Source: Eledone cirrhosa (taxonomy: Eukaryota). From it: DNA of 64,000 nt. This document shows, piece by piece, positions 51,748 to 64,000 of the stretch; the first letter of the stretch is position 1, and every line of letters begins with the position of its first letter. The position numbers and the translations under genes were made by a program. Below the pieces are notes generated by a model that worked only from the letters and a program-made list of their open reading frames with translations, was not told the origin of the DNA and did no database searches. The DNA lies in contig OZ024750.1 in the NCBI GenBank assembly GCA_964016885.1, forward strand, positions 9,114,001 to 9,178,000, in the 5' to 3' direction.

Positions 51748-51957
51748 ATAGGAGAAAGTATGACCCGGACGGCAGAGCTCAAGCCGTTTCGACGGCTATT
51801 TCTGGACTATTTCTACTTTAGTCCAGAAATAGCCGTCGAAACGGCTTGAGCTCTGCCGTCGGGGTCATACTTTCTCCTATTACCCACTCTATTACCCTAA
51901 GTATTGAGTACTCTGGTGCGTTATGGTCCATCTGGTTCCTTACCACAACTCATCCGT
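51748..51957 (+). mobile_element. Hairpin-plus-tail element, subfamily A, best-preserved copy
   Basis: ~62-bp arms (51748-51809 and 51819-51880) with 1 mismatch, 9-nt loop, tail to 51957, then (TA)n. Confidence 0.82.
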
Positions 51958-51988
<31 letters not shown>

Positions 51989-52285
51989 TACAGGCATAAA
52001 TAGAAGTGCAAACCGTTAAATCGTCTCTGTGTTTTAATGAAGAGACGATCAGGAAGCAGCATCTAATAGTGGTTACATATAATTAAATATGGGGAAGATA
52101 GCTGTCATTGCAGGTGTTAATTGAACTCCGCTAATCGATAGTAATTTGTCAATACTTCAGATAACTACACACTATTTTTTCTCCGTACTATAAATATCTG
52201 TAGTATTCTCTGATAATCTTACATACAGAAATATATTTATGGTCGTTCAAATATATTTTATTATTCAACATTATTCTTCTAAGCA

Positions 52286-52342
<57 letters not shown>

Positions 52343-52644
52343 ATACACACACACACACACACATACACATACATATATATAAATATATATCAAAATGACA
52401 ACTATAACTATAACAACTATATATATATATATATAGAGAGAGAGCTGCTTAGAAAGATAACTATAACAACTATATAAATATATATAGAGAGAGAGAGGGA
52501 GAGAGAGCTGCTTAGAAAGATAATGTTGAATAATAAAATCTTTTTGAACCATCATAAATATATTTCTGTATGTAAGATTAGCAGAGAATACTACATACGT
52601 TTATAGTACAGAAAAAATAGTCAGTAGTTATCTAAAGTATTGAG

Positions 52645-52822
52645 GTCCCTTATAGAAAACAATACACATTGGAACTGCTAGGATACTTAGAAAAGTGCTT
52701 GACAATTGAAACTGCCACGTCAGTCCACTGGTTGTGGTTTGGATTGGCACCAGAATGACATCACCAGCCACAAATGCTATGTGACAAGCGGATGATGATG
52801 ATGATGATAATAATAATAATAA
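52645..52822 (+). mobile_element. R4/Dong-like (RLE) non-LTR retrotransposon 3' end
   Basis: KTIHIGTARILRKVLDN* matches the recalled QKxxLLGTARILRKVL C-terminus. Short 3' UTR ending in (GAT)n(AAT)n. Confidence 0.7.
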
Positions 52823-53000
52823 TTGTTTCTACTTTAGGCACAAGGCCAGCAATTAGCGAGTACATTACTGGTACTTTATTTTATCGACCCCGTAAGGATG
52901 AAAGGCAAAGTTAACCTCGACGGGATTTGAACTCAATCCGTAAAGGGACGTAACTATGCTAGAAAGCATGGCGTCCGACCCTCTACTGATACTGCCAATT
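52820..53000 (-). mobile_element. SINE family 1, short form
   Basis: A/B boxes and central domain, inserted in (AAT)n. Confidence 0.85.
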
Positions 53001-54229
53001 CAAATGATAATAATAATAGTGATAACAATGCTTTCTTTATTAACCACAAGGGTTTACACAAAGTAGACATTAAGGACAGTACAGGACGGTACAAATGGGA
53101 ATAATAGTGATAACAATGATGATGATTTCATTTATTGGCCACACAATAGTAATGAGGATAATAAAATGTAGGAAAATGCGTATATCTTGAAGCAACGTTG
53201 CCATTTCTCGAAATATATTAATCTGATGCAATCTTAAATTGAATAAATATAACGACTTTGACGAAAATATCGACGACAACGATGACAAGTTTGATGATAA
53301 CTATGATGATGAGGCGGCAGTGGTGAAGAAGATAACGAAGATTTTAGGATTAGGCAGTAAGCTACCTTTTGAAATTCGATTTAAGCAGCATACGTTCACT
53401 AAATATTAAGTATACTTATTCATAGAGCGTTTATTTATAAATTTATTAAAATATGCTTTAAGAAATGTTTCCCTGAATTATTCTATGCACTAAACATTCT
53501 AGAATAAAAATAAAATAGCTTTTATGAAACTTATAAATTCATTAAAATATGCTTTGATATACCCGAAACGCCGTTCCCCACCCCCCACGCTCAAGCGTGA
53601 ACCTAATACCAACACTGTTCTTCGTAACTGGACTCCTTGTTATTGTTTTTGTTTTTTACTTTGCCAACACGCACGCACGCACGCACGCGCGTACACACAC
53701 ACATACATACATACATACATCCATACATAGTTTTTAAAGCCGGTGGAATGCGGTAGAAGAATACGAAGGGAAAATGAGGATAAATGAAACAAAGTAATGC
53801 TTTAGCCAGTGTATTTTAGCATATTTCAGGGCTGTGACCCTCTTTTCGGATACGAAACTGAAACAATCCATCTCGTTTTGTTTCAACCTGAAAACTGCGA
53901 AAAACAAAGAATGAAAATAAATCCTAAACAACAATGACTTGATTCGCTCGTCGAAGAAGAGTGCAGCCATTCATTTTTCACTCTCTGTAGTCTTTCCTTT
54001 CTTTGACGATTTTATCTCCGTGTCATTTATTTTGTTGCTATAGACATATTCTTTACGTTCAGCAAATATATACCACATCATTTCTGCCTAGTGCCATGTA
54101 ACTAATTATTTATTAAGCATGCTGTAATTCTATTAAAAGTACAATATCATAGCTTCATTAGGAAATCTGATACTGCAGGAAAGAAAACGAAAAACAACGT
54201 ATTTAATCAAATTTTAGCAACAAAATAAT

Positions 54230-54410
54230 TATTTCTACTTTTAGTACAAGGCCAGCAATTATCCAGTACATTACTGGTACTTTATTTTATCGACTCCGTA
54301 AGGATGAAATGCAAAGTTAACCTCGGCGGGATTTGAACTCAGATCGTAAAGGGACGTAACTATGCTGAAAAGCATGTCTGACCCTCTACCGACACTGCCA
54401 ATTCACCACC
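54230..54410 (-). mobile_element. SINE family 1 with a 15-bp TSD
   Basis: tagcaacaaaataat at 54215-54229 and 54412-54426. Inserted at the tail of an older long-form copy (54427-54500). Confidence 0.9.
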
Positions 54411-54519
54411 CTAGCAACAAAATAATGGTTTCTGACAAAGGCACAAGGCCAACAATTTTAGGAGAGGGAGGAAAGTCGATTAAATCGAATCCAATGCATT
54501 ATTCTTGATAAATTCAGCC

Positions 54520-54632
54520 TACCCCTGCGACGGACTGGAATGTGGGGTGGGAGTCTTGTCCTCTCAGTCGCTTCATGCCACGGAAATCGGGATAATTATC
54601 GGCTTGATGAGCCTCCGGACTCGAAGTAGACA
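54520..54632 (+). mobile_element. V-domain-like SINE fragment
   Basis: ccctgcgacggactgg...ctcagtcgcttcatgccacggaaatcggg...tgatgagcc resembles a recalled widespread invertebrate SINE 3' half. Confidence 0.5.
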
Positions 54633-54702
54633 TTTCTATTATCAAGACCAACAACAAATAACCCAGTAATTGTTTAAATGACCATTATTATAAACCAGTA
54701 GC

Positions 54703-54886
54703 GGTGGATTGGCAGTATCGGATAGAGGGTCGGACGCCATGCGTTGACGCATGGAGTTACGGCCCTTTCCCTTCTGAGTTCAAATCCCGCCAAGGTTAAC
54801 TTTGCCTTTCATCCTTACAGGGTCGATACAATAAAGTACCAGTAATGCACTGGGTATTTGCTGGCCTTGTGCCAAAAGTAGAAACA
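54703..54886 (+). mobile_element. SINE family 1 with a ~19-bp TSD
   Basis: attattataaaccagtagc at 54684-54702 and about 54887-54905. Confidence 0.9.
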
Positions 54887-55104
54887 ATTATTATAAACCA
54901 GTAGCATGCACAGAAATATGGAATTTAAAACAGAATGAAATAATAAAAAAAAGCCAAGTGAAGAAGAATAACTATTTTAATTGAATCAATCTCGCCGAAG
55001 ACAATAAACAATTCGTTAGGTCTTTACATAGTCTGTACTGATACTCAATAACTCTCTCACAATTTGTATTATATATATATTTTTTGCTTTGTTTTTTGTG
55101 TCAT

Positions 55105-55461
55105 TTAACCATATCTGAATACAGCAGATCCTGTGCCTCCGCTAGGAGAATTATCGTTGTTGTTGCTAGCGCCACTGCCACCATGGTTATCAAAAGGGAG
55201 GTAACCCATAGGTCTCCAAAATGCTTTCCTCTTAATGGTGGTATAATCTGAATTGTCTGCTTCCTTGTTACCGGCAATGTCTACATTGGATAGTTTTCCG
55301 AGAATGTATGCTTGAAGCAATGCTCGACTGTCAGAATCACTGAGTCCAGTTTGTCGTAACGAACGCAGAGTAATAACATGGTCATTCCGCTTCGGCAAAG
55401 AATGGACACTTGAAACAAATACGGCTAAGAGACACAGCACACCAATGATATTCATTCCCAT
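55105..55461 (-). CDS. NKY: NKY neuropeptide precursor, 118 aa, single coding exon
   Basis: Hydrophobic signal peptide MGMNIIGVLCLLAVFVSSVHS. KR cleavage sites. Mature peptide KAFWRPMGYLP...SAVFRY followed by G and stop (amidation). N-terminal K, FWxP motif and C-terminal RYamide define lophotrochozoan NKY. Polypyrimidine tract plus cAG acceptor one base before the ATG (exon starts 55462). Confidence 0.92.
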   Translation of the reverse strand: MGMNIIGVLCLLAVFVSSVHSLPKRNDHVITLRSLRQTGLSDSDSRALLQAYILGKLSNVDIAGNKEADNSDYTTIKRKAFWRPMGYLPFDNHGGSGASNNNDNSPSGGTGSAVFRYG

Positions 55462-55585
55462 CCTGAAATAAAAAGAAAGAAAGAAATAATAAAAAGAAAA
55501 ATAGAATATCACGTGAAGAATATTAAAATATATTAGACATTCCTTTCAGATAATCACCGGAAATTGACGAAACATTTCATAGCAT

Positions 55586-55900
55586 TGGGGTCGATAAAAT
55601 AAAGTACCAGTAATGTACTATGATAATTGCTGGCCTTGTGCCAAAAAGTAGAAACAATTATTAGATCGTGTGAATTATTAAAGGGCGGTGAATTGGCAGA
55701 ATCGGTAGAGCGTCGAACAACATACTTTGGGGTATAGAGTTATGGTAATTTACGGTCTAAGTTCAAATCCCGCCGAGATTAACTTTGTCTTTCATCCTTC
55801 CGAGGTCGATAAAATAAAGCACCAGTAATGAACTGGGGTCGATTTAATCAACTTCCCCTCCCCCAAATTTTTGGCCGTGCGCCTAAAGTAGAAATCATTA
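55586..55900 (+). mobile_element. Two SINE family 1 copies in the NKY 5' intron
   Basis: Truncated copy at 55586-55662 and a full long form at 55683-55900. Confidence 0.8.
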
Positions 55901-57294
55901 TTAGATACGTGTAATATTCCTAGAATTATATAAAAAGGTGTAAATTTGTATTCTGAAATCGAAAATCTGTTGAATGTTTGTATTCCATTTTCAGCAGAGT
56001 TCTTCTTTGAAAATTGATTCACTTTGCCCTACCTGAAATGCTGGTTTTTTTGTCTTTACACAACATAACTTCCCTGAGTCAACGAGGAAATGTCAATACA
56101 ATTGATAAGTCTTTTAGAAATAGCAGCCAGAATCTGCTTCAAACCCCACCCTTAAAAGTGAAGGGATACACCTGATAACCTAGTCGTTAATATACAATGT
56201 CTAAATATATGATGGGATCATTAACGTTGAACGTCTTTAATTATAGATAAACTCGATCATGTTTTATGTGAGGCTAAAAAAACACGGTTGTTGGTTTTTT
56301 TATTTTTATTCATATAAATCAATGGACATACGCTAATACTGATATAAGATGTGTAGCGTTTATATCTACTAAAGTTTTACTGGCCATTAGCTATTTCCCC
56401 ATTGTTTGTAGATGTATAAATCCAGCGGATATGCATATGGAATAGCAAACATGACTACTGTTTAATGTTATAACAGAGAGTCTTTAAATATACATACAAG
56501 CATTTGAGTGTCTAACCATAAAACTAACATTTAATCTACTGAAAGCTATAACGTTAAGCATAACGTTAGAATTATGGTTAGGGTTAATGTTGGGGATAAT
56601 ATTAATGTTATATGTAAACCTAACATTAACTGTAAAAATAAAATAGATAGAAACAGCACAGTTGATGTGAGTAGTAGTCCATTATTGTTAGAATAGTTTC
56701 TTATATTTCCCTTAAGCAACTAATAGCTCAACATATCGTAATGACAGTATTTACATATTGACATTAGGAATATTGAACCGACTTTTTATATAAACGGGGA
56801 AAGTTTAATATTAAAAGAGAGGAAAAAAATAAACGATACTGACTAATAGTTTCGCTAAGTGCTTTTTATTTTTTCCACAATAATTTCATTATATGACTGC
56901 TAGAAATTGAGAAAGCATCAAATACAACCACCATCACCTTTATTAACAAACTGCAATGAAGTATATATTCGTATCAATTAAGTTTCCCATTAAATCAACT
57001 TGTATTTAATAACTTTAGTTTCACTTGATCTGATTTCATCGTTCATTGCAAATACTATAAATGTAAAGTAATAATTGATCGCATGAAAAACTAATATAGT
57101 TCGATCTCTCCCTGTATTTGTAGCCCCTTAAAAACAACACCAGTAAAACATATATTGTCATTTATTAGCCGACAATAGAAGACACTGTATGATTCTCTAT
57201 CAATTGACAGGTTTATTTATTTTCATTTAGATCTGTAAAATCGATCAGTCCGCGTGTTAAAAAGAATAAAGGTAATCTTTGTACGCAAACGCGC

Positions 57295-57387
57295 GCACAC
57301 ACACACACACACACACACCACACCACACCACACCACACCACACCACACCACACCACACCACACCACACCACACCACACCACACCACA

Positions 57388-57428
<41 letters not shown>
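57295..57428. repeat. (CA)n-(CACAC)n-(CA)n microsatellite
   Basis: Direct inspection. Confidence 0.95.
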
Positions 57429-57574
57429 TTAATGTCAGGGTTCTTTAGATACAAATTTATAAATAAAAGTTTATTGATGAAAGGACTTAATCCTTGCAAT
57501 AAAGGCAAATTCATTATACATACTAGGTCGACAGGGACTTCGAAGTTTACCTCTCTCTCTCTTTCGCTCTCTCT

Positions 57575-57586
57575 CTGTATATATAC

Positions 57587-57650
<64 letters not shown>

Positions 57651-57930
57651 ATATGTATATGTATATGTATATATATGTATATGTATGTATATGTATATAT
57701 ATGTATATGTATATATATGTATATATATGTATATGTATATATATGTATATGTATATATATGTATATGTATATATATGTATATATATGTATATATATGTAT
57801 ATGTATATATATATGTATATGTATATATATATGTATATGTATATATATATGTATATGTATATATATATGTATATGTATATGTATATATATATGTATATGT
57901 ATATATATATGTATATGTATATATATATAA
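57575..57930. repeat. (TA)n/(TATATG)n microsatellite
   Basis: Direct inspection. Confidence 0.95.
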
Positions 57931-58237
57931 ATTGAAACAAAAATGAAAACGAAATTTCATTTCTCACTCTTAGTATGGCACTTACTTAAATGTAAGTATG
58001 CATGTATACGTACATACATATATGTATACAGACGTACAGTAGCATGCACATATATATATATATATATACATACATATGTTTACAAACGAACAAAGCGACG
58101 TTAGCGCCGCTAAACTGATACGTGCATATATGTATGTGTACATGTATGCATATGTATGTATATATATATATATATATGTGCATGCTACTGTACGTCTGTA
58201 TACATATATGTATGTACGTATACATGCATACTTACAT

Positions 58238-64000
<5,763 letters not shown>

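Noticed and set aside
51810-51850. Canonical hammerhead ribozyme within the hairpin family (CGAAAC)
   Set aside because: No CUGANGA core is positioned before a stem II. At best it is a degenerate or truncated remnant
55462-55512. N-terminal extension MIFYFSFYYFFLSFYFR of the NKY ORF
   Set aside because: It is the intronic polypyrimidine tract and AG acceptor, and starts at a non-ATG codon. The true start is ATG at 55461 (or 55455)

Overview
AT-rich, microsatellite- and SINE-dense eukaryotic DNA whose repeat content (tRNA-derived SINEs, RTE-tailed Meta-domain SINEs, TTAA-flanked MITEs, huge TA/TG arrays) and an NKY neuropeptide gene suggest an octopod cephalopod (inference). Two host genes converge. 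The first is a FAM219-family gene on + (four coding exons found at 8836-8911, 12537-12618, 22054-22134 and 29140-29326; the first exon was not found). The second is an NKY neuropeptide precursor on - (single coding exon, CDS 55105-55461). The rest is repeats: two minisatellites, many SINEs, piggyBac-type MITEs, RTE and R4/Dong LINE 3' ends, a decayed IS630/Tc1 transposase, a Maverick/Polinton PolB fragment and a >5.7 kb TA/TG array. The most unusual signal is about 11 short 'hairpin plus single-copy tail' elements embedded in (TA)n/(TG)n. Their arms co-vary copy by copy and they share a GTTTC...GAAAC core across otherwise unrelated sequences. They occur alongside minimal hammerhead-ribozyme motifs and fold-back duplications ending in TA repeats, which suggests Penelope-like, microsatellite-targeting, fold-back retrotransposition or repair. 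Nearly all long ORFs in the supplied track are microsatellite artefacts. Family assignments are from recalled motifs, not database searches, and repeat boundaries are approximate.
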